The notes beneath the pieces were generated by a model that worked only from the letters and a program-made list of their open reading frames with translations, made no database searches and was not told the DNA's origin. DNA of 32,000 nucleotides from Synechococcus sp. A15-28 (GTDB taxonomy: Bacteria; Cyanobacteriota; Cyanobacteriia; PCC-6307; Cyanobiaceae), in the NCBI RefSeq assembly GCF_014280175.1, contig NZ_CP047931.1:1440001-1472000 (forward strand). Reading direction: 5' to 3'. This document shows, one piece after another, positions 10,760 to 20,693 of the stretch (positions within the stretch are counted from its first letter, which is position 1; every line of letters begins with the position of its first letter). The translations under genes were made by a program, and so were the position numbers.

Positions 10760-12588
10760 CTAAAGGCCAACCTCCATTCCGCCTCCCGCCAACCAGCGGC
10801 GCTGGACGCGATTGGGCTGGAACCCAAGCCAGGTGCCATCAACAGGACCGAGCCTGCGCTGACGTTGCAGGGCCAACAGGGCCTGGGGCCGAGGCAGCAG
10901 GCGCCAGCGCAGTTGACCGATCCGCAGCAGCATGGGCTGGCCACGGTCCGCGAGCAGCTCCAGGGACAGGCCATCGCTGCGAAGGCGCTGACCAAAGGCA
11001 AGACCGGCGCGACCCTGATGGGGGGCGACCACGCGATGCCCGAGCCCCTGCCAGCAGGCCATCACCTCACTGGCTACAGGATCCAGCAGCAACACCCAGT
11101 CCAGGCGCCCATGGCCATGGCCCGCCGCCAGGCGGCGGGCCATCCGGCAACTGCTGGCACCAGCGGTCAGACTGACCAGAGCAGCGCGGCCCTGATGCCG
11201 GGCCAACAGCCAGTGCTGCCGGCCGCGTTGAACTGCCACTACGCCATCCGCCAGCTGAACACGCCCGTGCACCAGCACGGCCATCAGCACGGATATCAGT
11301 GCTGCCGGCCGCGTTGAACTGCCACTACGCCATCCGCCAGCTGAACACGCCCGTGCACCAGCACGGCCATCAGCACGGATATCAGTCCCATCCGGCGCCA
11401 ACGCCCCCCTTCGAGCAACAACCAGGGCAGCAGGCCGATCACCAGCAACGCCACCACCCAGGGCTGGGGGTGACCGGTGAGCAACCGCGCAGCGGGCCAG
11501 TGGCTGATCCAGCGCACCATGGCGATCAACAGAGCGGCCAACTGCGCCACGGGCCAGGCCAGCAGCTGCAGGGCCGCCGCGGGCAACACCAGTGACGCCA
11601 GAGCCAGACCCATCGCGGAGAGGGTCAAGGGAGCCAGCAGCGGAGCCGCCAACAGGTTGGCCAGCAGGGCGTAGAGGGGAGCCGAGCCGAAGTGGAGCAG
11701 CTGCAGTGGCAGGGTCCAGGCCATCGCAGCGAGGGGAACCGCCAAAGCTGGTGCCAACCACCCGAGCCGCCTCGGCAAGCGCTCCGCCCACCACCGCTCC
11801 AGGCCAGGGGCCGTGAGGATCAACCCTGCCGTCGCGGCAGCGCTGAGCTGGAAACCGATCGAGCGGGCCCAGGCGGGATGCAGCAGCAGCATCAGGCTGA
11901 GGGTGAGCAGCAACACCCCGAAACCGCGGCTGCGTTCGCCGGACTCGCGGATCAGCAACGCCGTGGCCCCCATCAGCACGGCCCGCACCACCGATGGTTG
12001 GGCTCCAGCGCAGATCAAAAAGATCAACATCGCCAACGCCGCGAAGGCCAGTCGCAGGGAACGCCCCAGACAGCGACCCAGCGCCAGGGAAGCCCCCATC
12101 AGCACCGAGAGGTGGAAGCCTGAGGCCGCCAGGGCATGGGATAAGCCAGCAACCCGGAAGGCCTTGCGCAGATCATCGGGAAGCTGCACCTGGGCACTGC
12201 CCAGCACCAGCGCCGCCAGCAGCCCGCCTCGCTGGGCACCTGCCGCGGCCTGAAGACGGTCAGCGATCCGCCGCCGCAGATCAGCGATGGGCGTCCAGGG
12301 ACGATCAAGCACCTCGATGCGTGATGCACGCAGCTGGCTCCAGCTGCCCCTGGCCGCCAACCGTTCCGCCGGACCAGGCAGCAGGGGGTGAACACCGGCA
12401 GCAGGGCGTTTCAGCTGCCCGCGAACACGAATGCGCCAACCCTGGCGGGGTGGATCCGGGCAAGGACGGAGCTGAAGTTCCGTGCGTCCCGGACGGCGAA
12501 TCCCATCGAGCCACTCCACCGCCACAAGGGCGGAGCAGGCGTGATCAAACCGACGAGCATCCGCCAGCAGCCTGCCGGTCAGCTGCAC
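10760..12588 (-). pseudogene. comEC: ComEC/Rec2-family competence protein, frameshifted by an internal tandem duplication
   Basis: N-terminal part (frame ending 11296) has GGLLAALVLGSAQVQLPDDLRKAFRVAGLSHALAASGFHLSVLMGA and multiple TM segments; remainder continues in another frame (ending 10760) after an 86-bp repeat. Start uncertain: the frame stays open upstream to about 12729 and encodes a further hydrophobic segment (VQTCALLLCLTLLLRGLLWGAPLP) with no ATG/GTG/TTG that I found. Confidence 0.85.
11211..11386. repeat. Exact direct tandem duplication, 86-bp unit x2 plus 4 bp (CAGT)
   Basis: 11211-11296 and 11297-11382 are letter-for-letter identical (cagtgctgccggccgcgttgaactgccactacgcc...ggatat); CAGT recurs at 11211, 11297 and 11383. 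Confidence 0.99.
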
Positions 12589-12738
12589 GGGCGACCGCTG
12601 CTGTTGGATTGCCCTGGATGGATCAGATGATGGCGGCAGAGGTGCGCCCCAGAGCAGCCCCCGCAGCAGCAGGGTCAGGCAGAGCAGCAGTGCGCAGGTC
12701 TGAACGGAGGGGAAACGGAGCAGAGGGCGTCAAGCCGC

Positions 12739-13620
12739 TTACGCAAGCGTTCCCCCCTTCAGCAGGGGGAAGCCCAGCTCTTCCCGCTCCGCCAGCCAGG
12801 CTTCCGCCACCTTGCGGGCCAGGGTGCGGATCCGACCGATGGTGGCGGTGCGTTCGGTGACGGAGATCACGCCGCGGGCCTCCAACAGGTTGAAGGTGTG
12901 GCTGCACTTGAGCACGAAGTCCAGGGCTGGTGCCGGCAGCTTCTTCTCGATCAGATCAGAGGCCTCGGCTTCATAGATGGCGAACAGCTGCTTCAGCCTT
13001 TCTGGATCAGAGCCCTCGAAGTTGAAGTGGCACTGAGCCTTTTCAAAGGGCAGCCAGATGTCGCCGTAGTTGCGCTCCGCGTTCCAGCTCAGATCCCAGA
13101 TGCTTTCCACATCCTGGAGGTACATGGCCAGCCGCTCGAGGCCATAGGTGATTTCAATCGACACCGGCTTGCAGTCGATCCCGCCGCATTGCTGGAAATA
13201 GGTGAACTGCGTCACCTCCATCCCATCGAGCCACACCTCCCAGCCCACACCCCAGGCTCCAAGGGTGGGGGATTCCCAGTTGTCCTCCACAAAACGGATG
13301 TCATGGTCCGCCGCCTTGATGCCCAGGGCTTCCAGCGACGCGAGATAGGTCTCCTGGATACCGTCTGGGGAGGGCTTGATCAGTACCTGGAACTGGAAGT
13401 AGTGCTGGGCCCGGTTGGGGTTGTCGCCGTAGCGGCCATCGGTCGGGCGGCGACAGGGCTCGGGGTATGCCACAGCCCAGGGCTCGGGACCGATCGCCCG
13501 CAGCACCGTATGGGGACTCATGGTGCCGGCCCCTTTCTCGGTGTCGTAGGGCTGCAGCAGCAGGCATCCCTGATCCGCCCAGAAGCGGTTGAGGGTGCTG
13601 ATGATGTCCTGAAAATGCAC
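12739..13620 (-). CDS. glyQ: Glycyl-tRNA synthetase alpha subunit
   Basis: [82 protein letters not shown] start inferred at VHFQDII. Confidence 0.97.
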   Translation of the reverse strand: MHFQDIISTLNRFWADQGCLLLQPYDTEKGAGTMSPHTVLRAIGPEPWAVAYPEPCRRPTDGRYGDNPNRAQHYFQFQVLIKPSPDGIQETYLASLEALGIKAADHDIRFVEDNWESPTLGAWGVGWEVWLDGMEVTQFTYFQQCGGIDCKPVSIEITYGLERLAMYLQDVESIWDLSWNAERNYGDIWLPFEKAQCHFNFEGSDPERLKQLFAIYEAEASDLIEKKLPAPALDFVLKCSHTFNLLEARGVISVTERTATIGRIRTLARKVAEAWLAEREELGFPLLKGGTLA

Positions 13621-13745
13621 TGCGAACCGGAGGTGCCTGGGGGTTGATTCTGCCCAGAAGGTCAGCCCCCCCTGCCAAACGGACGTGGCCATCCCGTCCG
13701 TGCCAACTGGCCGAGCTGCCTGAGGCGGGTGGAGCTTCGCAGACC

Positions 13746-14168
13746 TCAGCTCTTCAAGGCCAGGCAGCGGTGCAGGTGGGCAATGGCGTGGTGGCGATGG
13801 GGGTTGCTGCCGTTCGGTCCGATCAACCCGAGCCAGAAACTGCCATCCCCCTGGAACACCAGCACCGGCTTGGCGCCGCCCTTGCCGTGGGATTCCAGCA
13901 ACGACATGCAGAGCTTTTCGGCCACTTCATGCCCCTTGGGACGCTGCCTCAAGCGCCGGAGCAGGGGATCCACCTGGGAGAACGAGACAAAGCTGGCGCG
14001 GGCTGAGTCGGTGACCAGGATCAGACCATCGAGCCACTGCACCTCCTGAAGCAACTCCTCAATGGTGGGAAGCAGCGTCGGGAGCGGGAAGGCCACAGCA
14101 GACCTCGTCTTAAACTTGTCTTTAGATTTACGACACCAACAGGCTGTGTCGCAAGCGACGCAGAACAA
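13746..14168 (-). CDS. Conserved-looking hypothetical protein
   Basis: Open frame in a same-strand gene series; no recognised domain. The first ~25 residues ([17 protein letters not shown]...) may not be coding; an internal start is plausible. Confidence 0.55.
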   Translation of the reverse strand: MFCVACDTACWCRKSKDKFKTRSAVAFPLPTLLPTIEELLQEVQWLDGLILVTDSARASFVSFSQVDPLLRRLRQRPKGHEVAEKLCMSLLESHGKGGAKPVLVFQGDGSFWLGLIGPNGSNPHRHHAIAHLHRCLALKS

Positions 14169-14171
14169 GCT

Positions 14172-14873
14172 TCATCGTTCCAACAGCAGCATTCCCATCT
14201 GACCTGCCACCAGGGTGTGGTGCCGGGCCTGGGAAAACCCCGACTCGAGAGCCATGCGCTCCTGAGCTGAGCCATCGGGGAAGCGTTTCAGGCTCTCCTC
14301 CAGATAGGCGTACTCCTCCTTAAGGCCAGCTGCAGAGGCCACCGGCACCACAAGCCGACGCAGATAAAAGCGCTGAAAGCTTGCGGCAGGTCCTGACGTC
14401 GTCAAGCGATTGAAATCGAGCACACCAGCCCGTCGCCCCGGTTTCAACAGGCGGGCCATCTCCACCAGCCCCGCCGCTGGATCCTTGAGATTGCGCAGGC
14501 CATAGGCCATCACAATTCCATCGGCGGAGGCATCCGGCAGCCCCGTTGCCAAGGCATCTCCCTGCTGGAACGCAACATTCAGCCAGGGTTGACGGCGTTG
14601 ACGCTGCCGCGCGAGCTCCAGGGGTGCCGCGGCAGCATCCAGACCCAGCACTGAGCCAGCTGGCCTCACGCGGCGCGCCAGCTCCAGGGCAAGATCCCCC
14701 GTCCCGCAGCAGAGATCAAGCCAGGTCTCTCCCGCTGCGGGCCTGAGGAAGCACTGCAACTGTCGCTTCCACTGACGATGCAGCCCCAGACTCAACAGGT
14801 CATTGAGTTGGTCGTAGCGGGAGGCGACCGAATCGAACAACTGCTCAACCGCAGCGGGATCTCCTGGTTTCAC
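14172..14873 (-). CDS. menG: UbiE/MenG-type quinone methyltransferase (phylloquinone/plastoquinone biosynthesis)
   Basis: [63 protein letters not shown]. Confidence 0.93.
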   Translation of the reverse strand: MKPGDPAAVEQLFDSVASRYDQLNDLLSLGLHRQWKRQLQCFLRPAAGETWLDLCCGTGDLALELARRVRPAGSVLGLDAAAAPLELARQRQRRQPWLNVAFQQGDALATGLPDASADGIVMAYGLRNLKDPAAGLVEMARLLKPGRRAGVLDFNRLTTSGPAASFQRFYLRRLVVPVASAAGLKEEYAYLEESLKRFPDGSAQERMALESGFSQARHHTLVAGQMGMLLLER

Positions 14874-15640
14874 GGCCGAATCGACAGACCTCGCTGCAGC
14901 AGATCCTGTTTGATCTCCTCCACCGTGAGAACACCGTCATGCAGCAGTGAGGCCAGCAGCGCTGCCGAGGCATGCCCTCCCCCCGGCCCTGTCTCAAGGG
15001 CCTGGGCGATGTGGTCGATGCAGCCGGCCCCACCGGAGGCGATCACCGGCACCGGCACCGCATCCGCCACTGCTCGGGTGAAGGCAAGGTCGTAGCCGGC
15101 CTGGGTGCCATCGCCATCCATGGAGGTGAGCAGAATTTCGCCGGCACCGAGCTCCGCCACCCTCCGCGCCCAATCCACCGCATCCAGCCCGGTATTCTCG
15201 CGCCCTCCCTTGACGTAGACATCCCAGCCATCGCCATCCCGCTTGCGGGCATCGATGGCCACAACAATGCACTGGCAGCCGAAGCGATCAGCCCCCTCGC
15301 GCACCAACTCGGGACGGCGCACGGCGGAGGAGTTCAAGCTGACCTTGTCGGCCCCGGCGCGCAGCAGATCCGTGATGCCGTCAACCGTGGAAATGCCTCC
15401 GCCCACGGTGAAGGGAATCGTGACCGATTCGGCGGTGCGCCGCACCATATCGATCAGGGTGCCGCGTCCTTCATGGCTGGCGGCGATGTCGAGGAACACC
15501 AGCTCGTCTGCGCCGGCTCCGCTGTAGCGACAGGCCAGTTCCACAGGATCCCCGGCATCGCGAAGACCGACGAAGTTGACGCCCTTCACCACCCGTCCGC
15601 GGGCGACATCCAGGCAGGGAATCAGGCGGAGAGCGACCAT
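14870..15640 (-). CDS. hisF: Imidazole glycerol phosphate synthase subunit HisF
   Basis: [85 protein letters not shown] overlap with the menG start. Confidence 0.98.
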   Translation of the reverse strand: MVALRLIPCLDVARGRVVKGVNFVGLRDAGDPVELACRYSGAGADELVFLDIAASHEGRGTLIDMVRRTAESVTIPFTVGGGISTVDGITDLLRAGADKVSLNSSAVRRPELVREGADRFGCQCIVVAIDARKRDGDGWDVYVKGGRENTGLDAVDWARRVAELGAGEILLTSMDGDGTQAGYDLAFTRAVADAVPVPVIASGGAGCIDHIAQALETGPGGGHASAALLASLLHDGVLTVEEIKQDLLQRGLSIRP

Positions 15641-15696
15641 CGATCCGGCGCAAAAGCGACTGTTAGGGTTGCGCCACTATCCAAGCCTTGCAGGCC

Positions 15697-15912
15697 ATGT
15701 CCCAGGCTGCGTCGATCAACATCGGCTCCAAGATCCGTGTCACCCGTGTTCGTGATCGGATTCCCCAAAGTCTGGTGGACCTGCTGAAAGCTGATGCCAG
15801 CGGAACGGTGAAGGAATTCCGCACCGTCGACGGCCAGGGCATCGGTGTGGTGGTGGAGCTGAGTGATGGCTCCACCAACTGGTTTTTCGAAGACGAAATC
15901 GCAGCAGCCTGA
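15697..15912 (+). CDS. petP: Small SH3-like protein resembling cytochrome b6f-associated PetP (DUF2862 family)
   Basis: INIGSKIRVTRVRDRIPQSLVDLL...GTVKEFRTVDGQGIGVVVELSDGSTNWFFEDEIA: pattern recalled for cyanobacterial PetP proteins. Confidence 0.65.
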   Translation: MSQAASINIGSKIRVTRVRDRIPQSLVDLLKADASGTVKEFRTVDGQGIGVVVELSDGSTNWFFEDEIAAA

Positions 15913-15923
15913 GGACAACTCCT

Positions 15924-16877
15924 GTGAGTGACGCACGCCAGCTGCTGGGCATGAAAGGTGCCTCCGGCACCACCAACATCTGGAAGCTGCGGCTGCAGCT
16001 GATGAAACCGGTCACCTGGATCCCGCTCATCTGGGGTGTGATCTGCGGCGCCGCGGCCAGTGGCAACTACCAGTGGAAACTGGATCACGTGCTTGCGGCC
16101 TTCGCCTGCATGTTGATGAGCGGTCCTCTGCTGGCGGGTTTCACCCAGACCATCAACGACTACTACGACCGAGACATCGACGCCATCAACGAGCCCTACC
16201 GGCCGATCCCATCCGGCGCGATTCCCCTGGGCCAGGTGAAGCTGCAGATCTGGCTGCTGCTGATCGCGGGTCTGGCGGTGTCCTACGGCCTCGATCTCTG
16301 GGCCGGCCACAGCACTCCCGTGGTGTTCCTGCTGGCTCTGGGGGGATCCTTTGTCAGTTACATCTATTCAGCACCACCGCTGAAGCTCAAGCAGAACGGC
16401 TGGCTGGGGAACTATGCCCTCGGTGCCAGCTACATCGCCCTGCCCTGGTGGGCCGGCCAGGCCCTGTTCGGCCAGCTCACCTGGAGCACAGCGCTGCTGA
16501 CCCTGGCCTACAGCCTCGCGGGTCTGGGCATTGCCGTGGTGAACGACTTCAAAAGCGTTGAGGGTGATCGCGAACTGGGGCTTCAGTCCTTACCCGTTGT
16601 GTTCGGAATCAAAACAGCCAGTTGGATCAGCGCCGGAATGATCGACATTTTCCAGTTGGCGATGGTTGCCGTTCTCATTGCCATCGGTCAGCATTTCGCT
16701 GCGGTCCTGATGGTGCTGTTGATCGTTCCCCAGATCATCTTCCAGGACATCTGGTTGCTGCGGGACCCAGTGGAATTTGACGTCAAATACCAGGCCAGCG
16801 CTCAACCCTTCCTGGTGCTCGGCATGCTGGTGACCGCTCTGGCCGTCGGCCACAGTCCACTCACTCAGCTGATGTGA
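15924..16877 (+). CDS. chlG: Chlorophyll synthase ChlG
   Basis: KPVTWIPLIWGVICGAA, NDYYDRDIDAINEPYRPIPSGAI, NDFKSVEGDRELGLQSLPVVFG. Confidence 0.96.
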   Translation: MSDARQLLGMKGASGTTNIWKLRLQLMKPVTWIPLIWGVICGAAASGNYQWKLDHVLAAFACMLMSGPLLAGFTQTINDYYDRDIDAINEPYRPIPSGAIPLGQVKLQIWLLLIAGLAVSYGLDLWAGHSTPVVFLLALGGSFVSYIYSAPPLKLKQNGWLGNYALGASYIALPWWAGQALFGQLTWSTALLTLAYSLAGLGIAVVNDFKSVEGDRELGLQSLPVVFGIKTASWISAGMIDIFQLAMVAVLIAIGQHFAAVLMVLLIVPQIIFQDIWLLRDPVEFDVKYQASAQPFLVLGMLVTALAVGHSPLTQLM

Positions 16878-18979
16878 ACCGTTCCCGTCTGCATTGGGCC
16901 CTCATCGCCGCTGCTGCAGCGGGTGTGGGCATCGGTGCCGCTCTCGGAACACGGGCGCTGACCAAGCTGATCGATACGGCCCTGCCGGATGCCCGCGGCA
17001 TCGCCAACTTCAACCGTCCTGGAACGATCACCCTGCTGTCCACACGGGGGCGCATCATCCAGAAACTGGGACCGGCCACCCGCGACAAGCTCGAGCCGGG
17101 GTCCATGCCTCTGCTGGTGCAGCAGGCCTTCATCGCCGCTGAAGACCGCCGCTTCTTTGACCATGACGGGGTCGATGGCTGGGGGATTGCCCGGGCCGTG
17201 GTCACCAATGTCCGGCAGGGCTCGGTGCGGGAAGGCGCCAGCACCATCACCCAGCAGCTGGCCCGCACCGTTTTTCTCAGCCAAGACCGCACCATTATTC
17301 GAAAGCTCAAGGAAGCAGCCTTGGCCTTGAAGCTGGAACGTCAGCTGAGCAAGCAGCAGATCCTTGAGCAATACCTCAACTTCGTGTACCTCGGATCCGG
17401 TGCCTACGGCGTGGCGGATGCCGCCTGGAACTACTTCTCCAAGTCCCCAGACCAGCTCACGCTGCCGGAAGCTGCTCTGATCGCGGGTCTCCCCCCGGCA
17501 CCTTCGGTCTACTCGCCCCTGGTGAACCCGGAGCTGGCCCGGCAGCAACGATCCATCGTGCTGGAGCGAATGCTTCAGGAGGGCTTCATCACCAGCGCCT
17601 CGGCCTCGGCAGCAAAAAACTCTCCTCTCAATCTCAAACCGGCCACACCGAAATACTTCAACAGCGCAGCCCCATTCTTCACCGGCTGGGTGGCCCAGGA
17701 ACTTCCCAAAATCGTCACCCAGGAACAGCTGGAAGTGGGCGGCCTCAAGGTGCGCACCAGCCTCAACCTCGACTGGCAGAGAAAAGCCCAGCAGGTCATT
17801 CGTGAGTACGCCCCCTCTGATACAGAAGGGGCCCTGGTCACCATCCAACCGGGCACCGGTCTGGTGCGCGCCATGGTGGGAGGCAAGAGCTTCAAAGACA
17901 GTCAGTTCAACCGTGCCACCCAGGCTCTGCGGTCGCCCGGGTCGACCTTCAAGCTCTTCCCCTACGCGGCAGCCATCGACCGAGGCATCAGACCCGAGGA
18001 TATCTTTATGGATTCGCCCCGCTGCTGGCGGGGCTACTGCCCGAAGAACTTCGGCGCCAAGTACTTCGGACCGGTCTCCCTTGCCGACGCTCTCAAGAAC
18101 TCACTTAACACCGTTGCGGTGCAACTGCAGGACCGAGTGGGTTTCGACGCCATTATCGAAACCGCCAACGGCTTTGACATCGGGACCACCCGCCCCCTCG
18201 GGAAGTACTACCCGATGGCGATCGGTGCCTACGAGCAGACGATCCTTGAGATGGCCGCGGCCTATGCCGGTGTGACGAACCGTGGAGTGTTCGTGCAACC
18301 GACACCATTTGAGGAGATCCGCGGTCCGAAGGATGGACTGATCTGGAGTCGCCGCCTGGATGGCGATCGCGGCCGTCGCGCCCTGGACAGTGATGTCGCC
18401 GATGCCATGAACTGGATGCTGCAACGGGTCGTGACCGGTGGTACAGGCATCGCCGCCAAGCTAGAAAACCGAGCTGTGGCGGGCAAAACCGGAACCTCAG
18501 AAGGCGCCCGCGACCTCTGGTTCATCGGATCGATACCGCAGCTCACAACAGCTGTTTGGTTCGGGTACGACAACAACAAAGAGACCAAGAGCAACAGCGG
18601 GGAAGCCGCCTGGGCCTGGAAGCAATTCATGCTGCAGATCGAGGACGAGTTTCCTCTGCAGCCGTTCCCAGCCAAACCTGTGCTGAACCGCAAGTTCGAA
18701 CCACCTGGCAAGCCCAAACCAAAGACAACAGACAAAAAAGTCCCGTACCGCGGCTACGACTACGCGCCGAAGCCGATCTACACAGCTCCACGCTGGGAAC
18801 CCGACCCATCCATGGCCCCGGTGCCGTTCACAACTCCCGAATCTGCTTCGACATCGGCACCCCAACCTCGGATCGCGCCAACTCCAGCGCCAATCTCTCG
18901 ACCCGAACCACCGCGTGAGCCTCAGGCTGAGGTGAACGGTCGCCGCAACTGGCTCAAACCCCAGATTCAACGGCGCTGA
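16874..18979 (+). CDS. Class A penicillin-binding protein (transglycosylase/transpeptidase)
   Basis: EDRRFFDHDGVDGWGIARA, GASTITQQLARTVFLSQDRTI RKLKE, PGSTFKLF (SxxK), KNSLNTVAV (SxN), AGKTGTSEGARDLWFIG (KTG); Pro-rich C-terminal tail. Confidence 0.95.
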   Translation: MNRSRLHWALIAAAAAGVGIGAALGTRALTKLIDTALPDARGIANFNRPGTITLLSTRGRIIQKLGPATRDKLEPGSMPLLVQQAFIAAEDRRFFDHDGVDGWGIARAVVTNVRQGSVREGASTITQQLARTVFLSQDRTIIRKLKEAALALKLERQLSKQQILEQYLNFVYLGSGAYGVADAAWNYFSKSPDQLTLPEAALIAGLPPAPSVYSPLVNPELARQQRSIVLERMLQEGFITSASASAAKNSPLNLKPATPKYFNSAAPFFTGWVAQELPKIVTQEQLEVGGLKVRTSLNLDWQRKAQQVIREYAPSDTEGALVTIQPGTGLVRAMVGGKSFKDSQFNRATQALRSPGSTFKLFPYAAAIDRGIRPEDIFMDSPRCWRGYCPKNFGAKYFGPVSLADALKNSLNTVAVQLQDRVGFDAIIETANGFDIGTTRPLGKYYPMAIGAYEQTILEMAAAYAGVTNRGVFVQPTPFEEIRGPKDGLIWSRRLDGDRGRRALDSDVADAMNWMLQRVVTGGTGIAAKLENRAVAGKTGTSEGARDLWFIGSIPQLTTAVWFGYDNNKETKSNSGEAAWAWKQFMLQIEDEFPLQPFPAKPVLNRKFEPPGKPKPKTTDKKVPYRGYDYAPKPIYTAPRWEPDPSMAPVPFTTPESASTSAPQPRIAPTPAPISRPEPPREPQAEVNGRRNWLKPQIQRR

Positions 18980-20301
18980 AGCACGGCGGCATAGAAACCA
19001 TCACCACCGGTCTCAGCATCGGGCCAGCGCTGGGTCTCCTCAAGCAGCTTGAGCTCGGTGTGATGTTGCAGCAGCCCATGGATCTGAGCCGTGTTCTCCG
19101 CCGGGTGAATCGTGCAGGTGGCGTAGACCAGGGTTCCGGTCTCAGCCAGCAGTGGCAACAGCCCCTCCAACAGGGATTTCTGAAGGGGCAACAGGCCCTC
19201 AATCGCAGCGGGTGTCATACGCCAACGCGCATCGGGATGACGGGCCAGGGTGCCCAATCCGGAGCAGGGGGCGTCGATCAGGATCCGCTGGAAATGGCTG
19301 CGCCACTGGGGGCGGTCCTCCAGCAGCTGTTCGGCATCCGCCGCCAGGGCCTGAATCGAGCCATGGCCGAGCCGGGCGGCATTGGCCGCCACCCGTTGCA
19401 AGCGACCGGCCGAGCGGTCCACCGCCCAGATCTCAGCCTGATCCTTCACCAGTTCCGCGAGGTGGGTGGTCTTTCCACCAGGGGCGGCACAGGCATCCAG
19501 GATTCGATCTCCGGGCTGCGCAGCCAGCAGCGGCGCCACCCACTGGGCCGCCCGATCCTGAACACACCAATGGCCCTCCTCATAGCCGGGCCAGCTGCGT
19601 AGATCCCCCCTGTGCCCGTCCACCTGCAAACCATGGAGACAACCCTCGAGGGGATGACTGCTGATGCCGGCACTCGCCAGGGCAGCCATGACCTCCGCCC
19701 TGGACGCCCGCAGTGGATTCACCCGCAGATCAAGGCAGGGCACCAGGTTGCAGGCGGTCGCCACGGCGGCAGCCCCCTCCTCCCCCCGCCACTCCAGCAG
19801 CAGCGGCGGCAACCAGTCCGGAAGCGAGTGCTCGAGGGCGAGGGCAGCAGCCCACTCGGAGGGTGTGTCCAACCCTTGGCCGGACTCCCGAGCCCGCAGC
19901 GCAGAACGCAGCATGCCGTTGACCACGGGGGCCAGACGGGCCAAACCAACGGCTTTCGCCAGATCCACGGCTGTGTTCACCGCAGCGGAGGCGGGAATGC
20001 GCTCCATCCAGAACAGCTGGTACAGCCCCACGTGCAGAAGCCAACGCAACTTGGGCGGTTGCTTCAAAGCGGGAATCTTGCCCAGACGATCCAGCCAGGC
20101 ATCCAGGGGTCGCCGCCGTCGGATCGCTCCGTAGGCCAGCTCCGTCGCCAGGCCCCGATCGGCGCCCGTCAGATGATGCTCCCGCAGGGCCCGTTCCAAA
20201 GCAACATCGGCATAGGCCCCCGCCGCCACCGCCTGCAGCACCTCCCAGGCGAGCCTCCGTGGTGCCAGTCCTTTGGTTTGCGGCTGTGTCAATCCAGTCA
20301 A
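18967..20301 (-). CDS. rsmB: 16S rRNA m5C967 methyltransferase RsmB/Sun
   Basis: NusB-like N-terminus; VQDRAAQWVAPLLAAQPGDRILDACAAPGGKTTHLAEL, LIDAPCSGLGTLARHPDARW, LVYATCTIHPAENTAQI. Confidence 0.95.
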   Translation of the reverse strand: MTGLTQPQTKGLAPRRLAWEVLQAVAAGAYADVALERALREHHLTGADRGLATELAYGAIRRRRPLDAWLDRLGKIPALKQPPKLRWLLHVGLYQLFWMERIPASAAVNTAVDLAKAVGLARLAPVVNGMLRSALRARESGQGLDTPSEWAAALALEHSLPDWLPPLLLEWRGEEGAAAVATACNLVPCLDLRVNPLRASRAEVMAALASAGISSHPLEGCLHGLQVDGHRGDLRSWPGYEEGHWCVQDRAAQWVAPLLAAQPGDRILDACAAPGGKTTHLAELVKDQAEIWAVDRSAGRLQRVAANAARLGHGSIQALAADAEQLLEDRPQWRSHFQRILIDAPCSGLGTLARHPDARWRMTPAAIEGLLPLQKSLLEGLLPLLAETGTLVYATCTIHPAENTAQIHGLLQHHTELKLLEETQRWPDAETGGDGFYAAVLQRR

Positions 20302-20304
20302 CCC

Positions 20305-20658
20305 TCAGGATCCAGACATAGCTTCCGGCCGCCAAAGCCGTTCCTTCAACGGCAAACGCCCCTCTTCATCCACCGGCACCCCTTCCGCTAGCAGCAGCTC
20401 CCGTTGGATCCAATCGCTGCCCTCGCGACTGAGGCTCATCGAAATGCGCCCCTGGGCATTCACCACCCGATGCCAGGGCACCTCAGTGGGCAATTTCAGC
20501 CGCCGCAAGGCCCAGCCCACCTGCCGGGCGCAGCCATAGGCGCCGATCAGATCAGCGATCTGTCCGTAGGTGGCCAGGCGGCCATGGGGGATGCGAGACA
20601 CCGTCACCCACACGCGCTGATCAAAAGGGCCCTCCACCGAGCAAAGCAGCCTCAGCAA
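20305..20658 (-). CDS. Alkyltransferase-like (ATL, MGMT-fold) protein
   Basis: FDQRVWVTVSRIPHGRLATYGQIADLIG...ARQVGWALR...PWHRVVNAQGRIS: MGMT/Ada C-terminal domain with Trp in place of the active-site Cys of PCHRV. Confidence 0.9.
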   Translation of the reverse strand: MLRLLCSVEGPFDQRVWVTVSRIPHGRLATYGQIADLIGAYGCARQVGWALRRLKLPTEVPWHRVVNAQGRISMSLSREGSDWIQRELLLAEGVPVDEEGRLPLKERLWRPEAMSGS

Positions 20659-20693
20659 TCTCGGCCAACGTAGGCCGACACGTCAGAACGTTG

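Noticed and set aside
11211-11386. Could the repeat be a CRISPR or a multi-copy repeat array?
   Set aside because: Only two directly abutting identical units with no spacers, lying inside a coding frame that becomes continuous when one is removed; it is a recent duplication, not an array.
11692-13647. Plus-strand ORFs opposite comEC and glyQ (11692..12123, 11994..12860, 12898..13647)
   Set aside because: Mirror frames of real minus-strand coding sequence, no motifs.
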